NCBI GenBank assembly: GCA_965221595.1
Contig: OZ244900.1
Coordinates: 3,576,982 to 3,640,981 of the forward strand
Direction of reading: 5' to 3'
Length of the DNA stretch: 64,000 nucleotides
From: Vicinamibacterales bacterium
GTDB lineage: Bacteria; Acidobacteriota; Vicinamibacteria; Vicinamibacterales; UBA8438
A model generated the notes under the pieces. That model saw nothing but the letters and a program-made list of their open reading frames with translations. It did no database searches and was not told where the DNA came from. Shown here piece by piece: positions 36,343 through 45,129 of the stretch (its first letter is position 1; every line of letters begins with the position of its first letter). The position numbers were made by a program, and so were the translations under genes.

Positions 36343-37863
36343 GTGCTGCTGCGTCCCGACGACGAGTACAACCGGCAGCTCGTCGCCAACGTCCACCCGC
36401 CCGGGTGGCAGAACCCGCAGCCGGCGGACCGCTACAACCTGGTGGTGATCGGCGCCGGCACCGCCGGCCTGGTCACCGCGGCCGTGGCTGCCGGGCTGGG
36501 CGCCCGCGTGGCCCTGGTCGAACGCCACCTGATGGGGGGCGACTGCCTCAACGTCGGCTGCGTGCCGTCGAAGGGCCTCGTCGGCGCCGCTCGCGTCTGG
36601 GCGGCCGTCGCCCGCGGCCCCGAGTTCGGGTTGCACGGCCCGGGCCCGCTGCAGCGCGACTTCGGTGCGGTCATGGCCCGCATGCGGCGACTGCGCGCCG
36701 GGCTGAGCGGCATCGATTCGGCGCAGCGCTTCACCGGCCTCGGCGTGGACGTCTTCATCGGTGCCGGCCGCTTCACGGGCCCGGACACCGTCGAGGCCGA
36801 CGGCGTTCCGCTGCGCTTCAGTCGAGCCGCCGTCTGCACGGGCGCACGCGCGGCCGTGCCGCCCATCCCGGGCCTCGCCGAGGCAGGCTGCCTGACCAAC
36901 GAGACGCTGTTCTCGCTGACCGAGCGTCCGGCGCGGCTGGCCGTCATCGGCGCCGGACCCATAGGCTGCGAGATGGCCCAGTCGTTCGCACGCTTCGGCA
37001 CCGAGGTCACGCTGCTCGAGCAGTTCGCCCGCATCCTGCCGCGCGAGGACCCCGACGCCGCGGCCATCGTGCAGCGGCGCCTGGCGACGGACGGCGTGCG
37101 GCTGGCGCTCGACGCCCGCATCACGGAGGTCGCGCGCCGCGGGCAGGACAGGCTGGTGCGCTACGCCGCCGGGGGCACCGACCACGAGCTGGCGGTCGAC
37201 GAAGTACTCGTCGGCGCCGGCCGGGCGCCCAACGTCGAGGGCCTCGGGCTGGAGGCGGCCGGCGTGGCGTACGACGCGGCAGGAGTGAAAGTCGATGCCC
37301 ACCTCCGCACGAGCAATCCCCGGGTCTACGCCGCCGGCGACATCTGTTTCCCCTTCAAGTTCACGCACACCGCCGACGCGCTGGCGCAAATCCTGATCCG
37401 GAACGCCCTGTTCCCGCACCCCTTCGGTCTCGGCCGCGCCTCGACGGACTCGCTCATCATCCCCTGGTGCACCTACACGGAGCCTGAGATCGCCCACGTC
37501 GGCCTGTCCGAGGCCGACGCCAGGGCCAAGGGCGGCGCCGTGGAGACCTTCACGCAGCCCCTCAGCGAGGTCGACCGGGCGGTCCTCGACGGCGAGGGCG
37601 AGGGCTTCGTGCGGGTCCACCTGAAGCCGGGCAGCGACCGCATGCTGGGTGCCACGATCGTCGCGAGCCACGCCGGCGACCTGATCAGCGAGATCACCGT
37701 GGCGATGCAGGCCGGGGCCGGTCTCGGCGTCATCGGAAACACGATCCATCCGTACCCCACGCAGGCGGACGCACTCCGCAAGGTGGCGAACCGGTTGCGC
37801 CGGGCGCGGTTCTCGGCCGGTCAGAAGTCGCTGCTCAGCCGCTGGTTCGCCTGGACGCGCTGA
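36343..37863 (+). CDS. FAD-dependent pyridine nucleotide-disulfide oxidoreductase (MerA/dihydrolipoamide-dehydrogenase-like)
   Basis: 506 aa. Motifs are YNLVVIGAGTAG (FAD binding), redox disulfide GGDCLNVGCVPSK, and an HPYP dimerisation-domain motif. Confidence 0.85.
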   Translation: MLLRPDDEYNRQLVANVHPPGWQNPQPADRYNLVVIGAGTAGLVTAAVAAGLGARVALVERHLMGGDCLNVGCVPSKGLVGAARVWAAVARGPEFGLHGPGPLQRDFGAVMARMRRLRAGLSGIDSAQRFTGLGVDVFIGAGRFTGPDTVEADGVPLRFSRAAVCTGARAAVPPIPGLAEAGCLTNETLFSLTERPARLAVIGAGPIGCEMAQSFARFGTEVTLLEQFARILPREDPDAAAIVQRRLATDGVRLALDARITEVARRGQDRLVRYAAGGTDHELAVDEVLVGAGRAPNVEGLGLEAAGVAYDAAGVKVDAHLRTSNPRVYAAGDICFPFKFTHTADALAQILIRNALFPHPFGLGRASTDSLIIPWCTYTEPEIAHVGLSEADARAKGGAVETFTQPLSEVDRAVLDGEGEGFVRVHLKPGSDRMLGATIVASHAGDLISEITVAMQAGAGLGVIGNTIHPYPTQADALRKVANRLRRARFSAGQKSLLSRWFAWTR

Positions 37864-37918
37864 GGAGAGCGCGTCGGTGGTCGGCGCGACCGTCGGACGG
37901 CTCGCCGGCTCGAGGTCG

Positions 37919-38710
37919 TCACACGCCCAGCAGGCGCGGCAGGGCGGCCACCGAGTCGATCACCGCGCTGGGGCGCACGCCCGCGGCCGCGACATCCCCG
38001 GGCCGGAACTTGCCGGTGCGGACGAGAATGCCGCGGGCGCCGGCGGCCAAGGCACCCCCGACGTCCGAGACGACATCGTCGCCGACGAGCGCCACATCGG
38101 CGAGCGGCAGGCGCAGGCCGGCGGCCGCGGTCTCCAGGAACGCGGCGCTCGGCTTCCCGACGGTTACGGCGGGCCGGCCCGCGGCGTACTCTAGGGCCGC
38201 GACGAACGGTCCGGCGTCGAGCACGAGCCCGTCAGCGGCCCGCCAGTAGCGGTTCTTCTGAAGGGCGAGCAGCGTCGCCCGGTCGCCGAGCTGGTGGAAG
38301 GCACGGTTCAGCCGCTCGAAGGTCCAGGCCGGCCCGAGATCGCCGACGACGACCGCTTCCGGACTGGACTCGTCGATGGTGAAGCGGGCGAACTCGCCCG
38401 CGGACGCGGGGGCGACGTGCAGCGCCACGGTGCGCACGGCGTGCGCTGCGAGCCACGCTGCAGCGGCGAGGGGGGCGGTGAACAGCTCGTCGGCAGCGAC
38501 CGGCAGGCCCAGGCTCCCCAGGCGCTCGACCAGGGCCGCACGCGGCTGGCGGGTCGTGTTCGTGACGTAGCGCAGCGCGAGGCCCGCAGCACGCAGACGG
38601 GCGACGGCCTCCGCTGCGCCCGGGATGGGGCGGTCCGCCTCGTAGAGCGTGCCGTCGAGGTCGAGCAGCAGGCCGCGCACGCCGCGCAGCGCCGCGGACT
38701 GCGGGGTCAC
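37919..38710 (-). CDS. HAD-IIA family hydrolase
   Basis: 263 aa with LLDLDGTLY (motif I) and [11 protein letters not shown] (motif IV). The GTG start overlaps the stop of the macro-domain gene. Confidence 0.85.
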   Translation of the reverse strand: MTPQSAALRGVRGLLLDLDGTLYEADRPIPGAAEAVARLRAAGLALRYVTNTTRQPRAALVERLGSLGLPVAADELFTAPLAAAAWLAAHAVRTVALHVAPASAGEFARFTIDESSPEAVVVGDLGPAWTFERLNRAFHQLGDRATLLALQKNRYWRAADGLVLDAGPFVAALEYAAGRPAVTVGKPSAAFLETAAAGLRLPLADVALVGDDVVSDVGGALAAGARGILVRTGKFRPGDVAAAGVRPSAVIDSVAALPRLLGV

Positions 38711-39315
38711 TTGTGCCCCGCGAGGGCGGCTTCGTAGGCCGCGCGGACGCGCGGCTCGAAGCAGACGAACCAGACCTGCTCTAGGGTCGGGGCCGACTCG
38801 ACCGCCCGGCGCGTCTCGCCGACGGCGATGGCCGCGGCGCGCTCAGGGGGATAACCGTAGACCCCGCAACTGATGGCCGCGAACGCCAGCGTCCGCAGGC
38901 TGTGCTCGCGCGCCAAGCCGAGCGCGGAGCGATAGCAGGCAGCCAGCAGCCCGGCCTCGCCGTGCGTCCCGCCGCGCCATACCGGTCCGACGGCGTGGAT
39001 CACGAATCGCGCAGGCAGCCGGTAGCCACGGGTCAGCCGCGCCTCACCGGTCGGGCAGCCCCCGAGCGTGCGGCAGGCCGCCAGCAGCCCGGGACCGGCC
39101 GCCCGGTGTATCGCGCCGTCCACGCCGCCGCCCCCGAGCAGCGTCGTGTTCGCGGCGTTCACGATGGCATCGACGGCAAGCGTCGTGATGTCGGCCGTGG
39201 AGATCCGCAGCTGCGCGCCGCCACCGGCTGGTCCGTCGCTCCCGGATACCGCCGGTGAACCGCTCGCGGACGCGGCGGGAGCGGGACTTGGGATAGGATC
39301 GGGCTCGCCATGCAT
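38707..39315 (-). CDS. macro-domain protein (O-acetyl-ADP-ribose deacetylase, YmdB-like)
   Basis: C-terminal 202 aa of ORF 38707..40731 with ATG at 39315. The sequence [34 protein letters not shown] is typical. It has a low-complexity 35-aa N-terminal extension. Confidence 0.85.
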   Translation of the reverse strand: MHGEPDPIPSPAPAASASGSPAVSGSDGPAGGGAQLRISTADITTLAVDAIVNAANTTLLGGGGVDGAIHRAAGPGLLAACRTLGGCPTGEARLTRGYRLPARFVIHAVGPVWRGGTHGEAGLLAACYRSALGLAREHSLRTLAFAAISCGVYGYPPERAAAIAVGETRRAVESAPTLEQVWFVCFEPRVRAAYEAALAGHK

Positions 39316-39552
39316 ATCGCAATCACCTACTGCACCCGCTGAAAGTACTTGCCCAGGGCTGCCAGTCTGGCAGCCGCGATCAAGGGCGCCGTCGACTGCG
39401 AGCCCGAGCTCATCGAGGGCACCAACGGCGTCTTCGACGTCGTCGCGGACGGCGGCCTGGTGTTCTCCAAGCACCAGGAGGGCCGCTTCCCCGAGACGGA
39501 CGAGATCCTGGATGCCCTGCGCGCGTTGGCAGGCGCCGGCACCGGCTCCTGA
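39310..39552 (+). CDS. SelW/Rdx-family selenoprotein (CxxU) with in-frame TGA at 39340-39342
   Basis: The ORF track shows only 39349..39552. The same frame upstream reads ATG(39310) [21 protein letters not shown]..., giving [25 protein letters not shown]...[25 protein letters not shown] hairpin lies 15 nt after the TGA. Confidence 0.75.
39357..39375 (+). other. bacterial SECIS-like hairpin
   Basis: GGCTGCCA-gtc-TGGCAGCC is a perfect 8-bp stem with G/U in the apical loop. It starts 15 nt downstream of the TGA. Confidence 0.6.
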
Positions 39553-39605
39553 CCTGCCTGCGGCGGCGTCTGCGGACTTGCGGCCGGTCGGCGCGCAGCC
39601 GCGGG

Positions 39606-41522
39606 TCAGGCCTGCGGCGCCGCCGGCCGCGAGCCGGCGTAGCGGCGGACGGCCGCGACGATGTGCGCCGCCGAGATGCCGTAGCGCTCCAGCAACTCGC
39701 GGGGCTTGCCGCTGCGGGGCACGTCGCGCACAGCCAAGCGGCATACCGCGATGTCCTGCGCCGCGACCGCCTCGCTGACGGCGTCGCCGAGACCGCCGGC
39801 CGCGTAGTGGTCCTCCACGGTGATGAGCCGCCGCCCGGTGCGCAGGCCGGCGCGGACCAGGGTGGCCGCGTCGATCGGCTGCACCGAGTATGCATCGATC
39901 ACGCCGATGCTGATCCCCGCCTGCCGCAACTGCCGGTAGGCCGCGCGCGCCTCGAACACGGTGACGCCCGCAGCGACGACAGTGGCCACGTCGTCCGCGC
40001 TCTCGTGCAGGATCTGCGAGCCGCCGATGTCGAAACGCTCCGCGTTCGTGTAGATGACCTCCGTCTTGGGACGGCTCGTGCGCAGGTACACCATGCCCTG
40101 GTGGGCGGCGGCGGCCGCCACCAGGCGCTCGCAGCTCACCGCGTCGCACGGGTACAGCACGGCGCAGCCCGGCACGCTGCGCATCATCGCCAGGTCCTCG
40201 AGCGCCATCTGCGACGGGCCGTCCTCGCCTATCGACACGCCCGCGTGCGAGCCCGCGAACTTGATGTTCGCCTTCTCGCCGCCTATGCCGGCCATGCGGA
40301 TGAAGTCCGACGCGCGCGTCAGGAAGCAGGCGAAGGTCGACGGGAACGGAATCGCGCCGCGGCTGGCCAGACCGGCCGCGGCACCGGTCATCACCTGTTC
40401 GGCGATGTGCGTCTCGTAGAAGCGGTCGCCGTGTGCCTGCTCGAACTTCCCGCTGAAGGTCGAGTTGGCCACATCGGCGTCGAGCGCCACCACCCGCGGG
40501 TCGGCGGCCCCCAGCGCCGCCAGCGCCGTGCCGTAGGCCTCGCGCGTGGCCACCAGTGCGCCCGGCTCGTAGCGCGGCTCCGGCAGCGCCGGCCCGGCTG
40601 GCGGCGGCGGCGTTCGACGCACCGGCGGCGGCGGGATGGGCGGGCGGTCCGCACCGGCAACCAGTTGCCCCTCCAGCTCGGCGAGCGCGCGATCCAGCTC
40701 GGCGCCGCCGGGGATGGCCTTGCCGTGCCACCCGTCGCGGCCCTCCATCAGCGTGACGCCCTTGCCCTTCAGCGTGCGGGCCAGGATGACCGTGGGGCGT
40801 CCGGCCGTGCGGCGAGCCTCCGCCAGGGCATCCAGCAGGGCGCCGTGATCGTGTCCGTCAACCACCAGGGCGTGCCACCCGAAGGCCCGCCAGCGCCGCG
40901 CGTAGGCCTCCATGTCGTGGCCCCACTGGGTCGGCCGGCTCTGGCCGAAGCAGTTGACGTCGGTAATCACGCACAGGTTGTCGAGCCCGAACTTCTCCCC
41001 CGCCTGCGCCGCCTCCCAGACCGATCCCTCGGCCGACTCGCCGTCGCCGATCAGCACGTAGGTGCGATAATCCGAACCGACGCGGCGGGCGTTGAGGGCA
41101 ATGCCGATCGCCGCGCAGATGCCCTGCCCGAGCGAGCCGGTCGCCACGTCGACGAACGGCAGCCGCGGCGTGGGATGCCCCTCCAGGTCGCAGTCGAGCT
41201 TGCGGAGCGAGCGCAGCGCCTCGTGCGTCAGGAAGCCGGCTTCCGCCCATGCGGCGTACAGCAGCGGCGCCGCGTGGCCCTTCGACAACACGAAGCGGTC
41301 GTTGTCGTCGTGCTGTGGATTCTGCGGGTCGAATCGCATCTCGGCGAAGAACAGGGTGGCGACGATGTCGGCGGCCGAACAGCAGCTCGATGGATGGCCG
41401 CTGCCGGCTTCGGATGTAGCCCGGACGGACTCGAGGCGGAGCCGGGCGGCGATGGTCTGCAGCGCGGGAACGAGTGACGACCTGTCGGGGGACACGACAC
41501 CTCCGGTAGCGGAGTCTAGCAC
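39606..41522 (-). CDS. tkt: transketolase
   Basis: 638 aa with SGHPSS, the TPP-binding motif [13 protein letters not shown], and the C-terminal pyrimidine-binding/transketolase-C domains. An alternative GTG start at 41495 has a GGAGGTG SD. Confidence 0.9.
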   Translation of the reverse strand: MLDSATGGVVSPDRSSLVPALQTIAARLRLESVRATSEAGSGHPSSCCSAADIVATLFFAEMRFDPQNPQHDDNDRFVLSKGHAAPLLYAAWAEAGFLTHEALRSLRKLDCDLEGHPTPRLPFVDVATGSLGQGICAAIGIALNARRVGSDYRTYVLIGDGESAEGSVWEAAQAGEKFGLDNLCVITDVNCFGQSRPTQWGHDMEAYARRWRAFGWHALVVDGHDHGALLDALAEARRTAGRPTVILARTLKGKGVTLMEGRDGWHGKAIPGGAELDRALAELEGQLVAGADRPPIPPPPVRRTPPPPAGPALPEPRYEPGALVATREAYGTALAALGAADPRVVALDADVANSTFSGKFEQAHGDRFYETHIAEQVMTGAAAGLASRGAIPFPSTFACFLTRASDFIRMAGIGGEKANIKFAGSHAGVSIGEDGPSQMALEDLAMMRSVPGCAVLYPCDAVSCERLVAAAAAHQGMVYLRTSRPKTEVIYTNAERFDIGGSQILHESADDVATVVAAGVTVFEARAAYRQLRQAGISIGVIDAYSVQPIDAATLVRAGLRTGRRLITVEDHYAAGGLGDAVSEAVAAQDIAVCRLAVRDVPRSGKPRELLERYGISAAHIVAAVRRYAGSRPAAPQA

Positions 41523-41541
41523 GCGGGCGCCTCGGCCCCGG

Positions 41542-43026
41542 CTACTCCTGAAGCTCCAGCGCCGCCAGCGCCCACGGGGCTGCGTCCACGCCCCGCCCGC
41601 GGGCCTCGGGCAGCAGCGACTCGAGCGTCGCCGCGGCGCGCGCCCGGAAATCGTCCGCGCCAGTCAGGCGACCCAGACGCGCCAGCACGCGCACCGCCGT
41701 GCAGTTGACGGCAAACGGCCGGAGCGGCTCCCGCAGCAGACCGACATCGTCGTCGGCAACCACCCGGTCGACGAAGCCGCCGCGCGGCGCATCCCACAGC
41801 TCGCGGAGGCAGAAGCGCATGAGCTCCTGCGCCAGGTCGAGGTACACGTCGCGCCCGGTGGCGCCGTACAAGTCGAGCAGCGCGTCGCTCACCGCCACCT
41901 GGTCGGCGAGCAGCCCACGCGCGATCTCACCATCGCCGACGGCGTGCGCGATGCCGCCGCCCCGCTCGTACGTCTCCCCGGCCACGCGCTCGAGCGAGTC
42001 GACCGCGAACTCGATCAGCGACGAATCGCCGAACACCTCGGCGGCGCGCAGCAACGCCGCGGCCGTGCGGGCGGTCCCGGCCGCGTACACGGAGCGGTCG
42101 ACCCGCGGACCCCGCAGCCGACCCCGCGCGGCGATCGAGGCTGCGTAGTAGTCGTCGTCGGCGTACTGGCTGGCGAAGAACCCCCCGGCAGCGCGGTCCG
42201 CCAGCGTCCGGACGACGTACCGGAGGAGGTGCGCAGCCCGCTCCCGGTAGCGCGGCTCGCCGAGCACCCGCCAGCCCTCGAGCAGGAGATCGAGCACGCC
42301 GGCATTGACATCCAGCAGCTTCTCCACGTGCGGAGCCGTCCAGTCGCGCGCTGCGCAGTAGCGGAAGACGCCGCCGTCCACGTCGTCGTACAGGCCGCTC
42401 CAGCCGATGGCATCGAGCGTTCGCGACGCGGCCTCGCGAAGCGGCCTGCCGGCAGCCCCCGACCGCCGCAGCGCGAACCGCACCGCCGACGCGTGCACCT
42501 GCTTCGGCGCGGTGCCGAAGCCCCCGTGCCGCGGATCGAACCGCTCCAGGAGATGCTGCTCGAGCCAGCGCTCGAAGTCCGCAGGGCTGTCGCGCGATTC
42601 TGGCGCGCAATCGGCCGGCGGCTTGCGCGGCGAGCCGACCTCGCCGTGCCGGCGTGCGAACGCCGCGGCCACGCGCTCGAGCAGCGTCGCCATCCGGGCG
42701 GCGTCGACGTAGGTCTCGCCACCCAGCACGCGGCCCGCCGGCGTGAGGAACACCGTCGTCGGCCAGCCGCCCAGGTGGTAGCGCTCGCTGATGTCGGGGC
42801 GCCGGTCGGCGTCGACCCGCACGGGCACGAATGCACGCTCGACCAGGCGGCACACACCGGGATCCTGGTACGTCGTGCGGCCCATCTCGGCACTCCACCG
42901 GCACCAGGCAGCGCCGATGTGCAGCAGAACGGGCGCCTGCTCGGCCCGGGCGCGGGCGAACGCGGCGGCGCTCCAGGGCAGCCAGGCCACCGGGCCGCAG
43001 GCGCCGGCAGCGGCGGTGGGCTCCAC
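41542..43026 (-). CDS. thioredoxin-fold DUF255 / YyaL-like protein with an (alpha/alpha)6 epimerase-like domain
   Basis: 494 aa. W.PW..AAF..A.....PVLL.IGAAWC.W...M....F.D..V..L....FV.V.VD...RPD...Y......GGWPTTVFLTP is typical of DUF255, although the usual CHWCH is replaced by CRWS. Confidence 0.75.
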   Translation of the reverse strand: MEPTAAAGACGPVAWLPWSAAAFARARAEQAPVLLHIGAAWCRWSAEMGRTTYQDPGVCRLVERAFVPVRVDADRRPDISERYHLGGWPTTVFLTPAGRVLGGETYVDAARMATLLERVAAAFARRHGEVGSPRKPPADCAPESRDSPADFERWLEQHLLERFDPRHGGFGTAPKQVHASAVRFALRRSGAAGRPLREAASRTLDAIGWSGLYDDVDGGVFRYCAARDWTAPHVEKLLDVNAGVLDLLLEGWRVLGEPRYRERAAHLLRYVVRTLADRAAGGFFASQYADDDYYAASIAARGRLRGPRVDRSVYAAGTARTAAALLRAAEVFGDSSLIEFAVDSLERVAGETYERGGGIAHAVGDGEIARGLLADQVAVSDALLDLYGATGRDVYLDLAQELMRFCLRELWDAPRGGFVDRVVADDDVGLLREPLRPFAVNCTAVRVLARLGRLTGADDFRARAAATLESLLPEARGRGVDAAPWALAALELQE

Positions 43027-43060
43027 GACGGCCGATTATAATCGGCGGCAAGCGCGGAGC

Positions 43061-44077
43061 ATGGCACACCGGATCACTCTCATTCCAGGCGACGGCATCG
43101 GGCCGGAAGTAACCGCTGCGGTCGTGCAGTTGCTGGGCCGGTCCGGGTTGGACATCGAGTGGGACCGCGAGCTGGCGGGCGCGGGCGCGGTCGACCGCCA
43201 CGGGGAACCGCTGCCCCGGCGCGTCCTGGACTCGATCCTTCGCAACCGGGTCGCGCTCAAGGGCCCGGTCGGCACCCCGATCGGCGCCGGCTTCCCGAGC
43301 GTCAACGTCGAGATCCGCCGCGCGCTCGAACTCTACGCGAACCTGCGGCCGGTGGCTTCGCTGCCGGGCCTGACCACCCGCTTCGACCACGTCGACCTGG
43401 TCGTCATCCGCGAGAACACCGAGGATCTGTACTCCGGCCTCGAGCACGAGGTCGTGCCCGGGGTCGTCGAGTCGCTGAAGGTCATCACCGCCCAGGCGTC
43501 CGAGCGCATCGCCCGCTTCGCGTTCTCGTACGCCCAGGGCCGGGGCCGCCGCCAGGTGACCGCCGTGCACAAGGCCAACATCATGAAGCTGGGCGACGGG
43601 CTGTTCCTCGATTCGGTCCGCAAGGTGGCGCAGGACCACCAGGACATCGAGTACGCCGAGCGCATCGTCGACGCCACCTGCATGCAGCTCGTGCTGGACC
43701 CGGGGCAGTTCGACGTCCTGCTGCTGCCGAACCTGTACGGCGACATCGTGTCCGACCTGTGCGCGGGACTGGTAGGGGGCCTCGGGCTCGTGCCGTCGGC
43801 CAACCTCGGCGAAGACCTCGCCGTCTTCGAGGCGGTGCACGGCACCGCGCCCGACCTCGCCGGGCAGGGCCTGGCGAACCCGACGGCGCTGCTGCAGTCG
43901 GCCCTGCTGATGCTGCGCTACCTGAACGAGGACGAGACGGCCGCCCGCCTCTTCACGGCGCTGGAGCGGGTGCTAGCCGATGGCCGGGTGCGGACCCCCG
44001 ACCTGGGCGGCACCGCCACCACGCGCGAGTTCACCGATGCCATCGCGCAGCAGATGGAAGTCAGTCTGCCTCTGTGA
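43061..44077 (+). CDS. NAD-dependent isocitrate/homoisocitrate dehydrogenase family protein
   Basis: Part of ORF 42791..44077. The sequence MAHRITLIPGDGIGPEV...LVVIRENTEDLYSG...NLYGDIVSDL...HGTAPD is typical. A perfect TATAAT lies at 43037-42. Confidence 0.9.
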   Translation: MAHRITLIPGDGIGPEVTAAVVQLLGRSGLDIEWDRELAGAGAVDRHGEPLPRRVLDSILRNRVALKGPVGTPIGAGFPSVNVEIRRALELYANLRPVASLPGLTTRFDHVDLVVIRENTEDLYSGLEHEVVPGVVESLKVITAQASERIARFAFSYAQGRGRRQVTAVHKANIMKLGDGLFLDSVRKVAQDHQDIEYAERIVDATCMQLVLDPGQFDVLLLPNLYGDIVSDLCAGLVGGLGLVPSANLGEDLAVFEAVHGTAPDLAGQGLANPTALLQSALLMLRYLNEDETAARLFTALERVLADGRVRTPDLGGTATTREFTDAIAQQMEVSLPL

Positions 44078-44528
44078 TGGCCGCCTGGATATCGACGTCG
44101 ATGCAGCCCCGCACGGTGTTGTAGGCCGGGCAGCCAGCCGGGTGCCGGGCCACGGCCCGCTCGGCCGCCGCGCGCTTGTCGGGCGGCACCGCCAGCTGGT
44201 AGCGCACGCGCATGCGCGTGACGCGCAGTACCTTGTCGATCGCCTCGACGTCGCCTTCGACCGTGGCGGAAATGCGGTCGGGCGTGGCCGGTATGTCGCG
44301 CACCTCCAGTGCGCGTGCAAGGGTGCCGAGCAGTCAGGCACCCACGGCCGCGACTAGGTGATCGAGCGTCGCGGGGACTTCCTCGTCCGGCTCCACGCCG
44401 TAGAACTTCTTGATGCCGCCATGGACACCGAAGCGGATTGGCGTGTCGAAATTCTCGAGAAACGCCTCCCGGATGGGGCCCTTGACGCGCTCGATGCGCA
44501 GGCGACTCGTGTGCACCAGATCTCCCAT
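44061..44528 (-). CDS. OsmC/Ohr-family peroxiredoxin-like selenoprotein, in-frame TGA at 44336-44334
   Basis: ORFs 44334..44528 and 44061..44303 are in the same frame, separated only by TGA plus 10 sense codons. The joined product reads ...PATLDHLVAAVGA-U-LLGTLARALEV...ARHPAGCPAYNTV. U aligns with the first conserved Cys of OsmC/Ohr, and the second Cys (GCP) is retained. A GGGAGG SD precedes ATG 44528. Confidence 0.7.
44297..44315 (-). other. bacterial SECIS-like hairpin
   Basis: Minus-strand CGCGCAC-uggag-GUGCGCG is a 7-bp stem with a GG-containing loop. It starts 18 nt downstream of the UGA. Confidence 0.55.
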
Positions 44529-44595
44529 GCTGCCTCCCTTCGACGCCCGGGACCTGCCCTCGACCTATCCTGCGGGGATGCTACAATCCCGGGTC

Positions 44596-45129
44596 ATGCC
44601 GAAGTCAAGCCACGCTGCCGTATTCGCATCCGCCGTCACCCTGTCGCTGCTGGTCTGCACCGGTGCCACCGCCCAGCCGGAAGAAGGCCCGGCCGGCGTC
44701 GTGAACTACACGCGCGTGGATGCAACCGTCGCCTGCGCCGGGGCGACCCCGCCCGAGGCGATGGCCGAGCTGAAGGACCGCGGCTTCGCGGCGGTGATCA
44801 ACTTCCGGACAGCCGGCGAGCAGGGCGCGACGGTCGACGCCGGGCAGGCGGCCGCCGAGGCGGCCGGGCTGAAGTACTACCACCTGCCGTTCCGGCAGGC
44901 CAGCGCCGAGGTGGCCGAGCAATTCCTCGAAACCGTGGCCGACCCGGCGAACCAGCCGGTCTTCATCCACTGCGGTTCGGCCAACCGCGTGGGGGCCATG
45001 TGGCTCATCAAGCGCGTCCGGCTGGACGGCTGGAGCCCCGACGAGGCGCTCGCCGAAGCCGAGCTGATCGGGCTGCGCAGCGCGGCCCTGCGGGAGTTCG
45101 CACTCGACTACGTCCGGGATGGCGGCTGA
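44596..45129 (+). CDS. secreted DUF442/beta-lactamase-hydrolase-like phosphatase-fold protein (CX5R motif)
   Basis: Part of ORF 44410..45129. A TACAAT box (44582-87) lies 8 nt upstream of ATG 44596. It has a signal peptide and the P-loop HCGSANRVG. Confidence 0.7.
   Translation: MPKSSHAAVFASAVTLSLLVCTGATAQPEEGPAGVVNYTRVDATVACAGATPPEAMAELKDRGFAAVINFRTAGEQGATVDAGQAAAEAAGLKYYHLPFRQASAEVAEQFLETVADPANQPVFIHCGSANRVGAMWLIKRVRLDGWSPDEALAEAELIGLRSAALREFALDYVRDGG

Noticed and set aside
39316-40731. N-terminal ~470 aa of the 674-aa minus-strand ORF 38707..40731
   Set aside because: It is Arg/Gly-rich junk, out of frame with transketolase and antisense to the selenoprotein gene. Only the C-terminal 202-aa macro domain is real.
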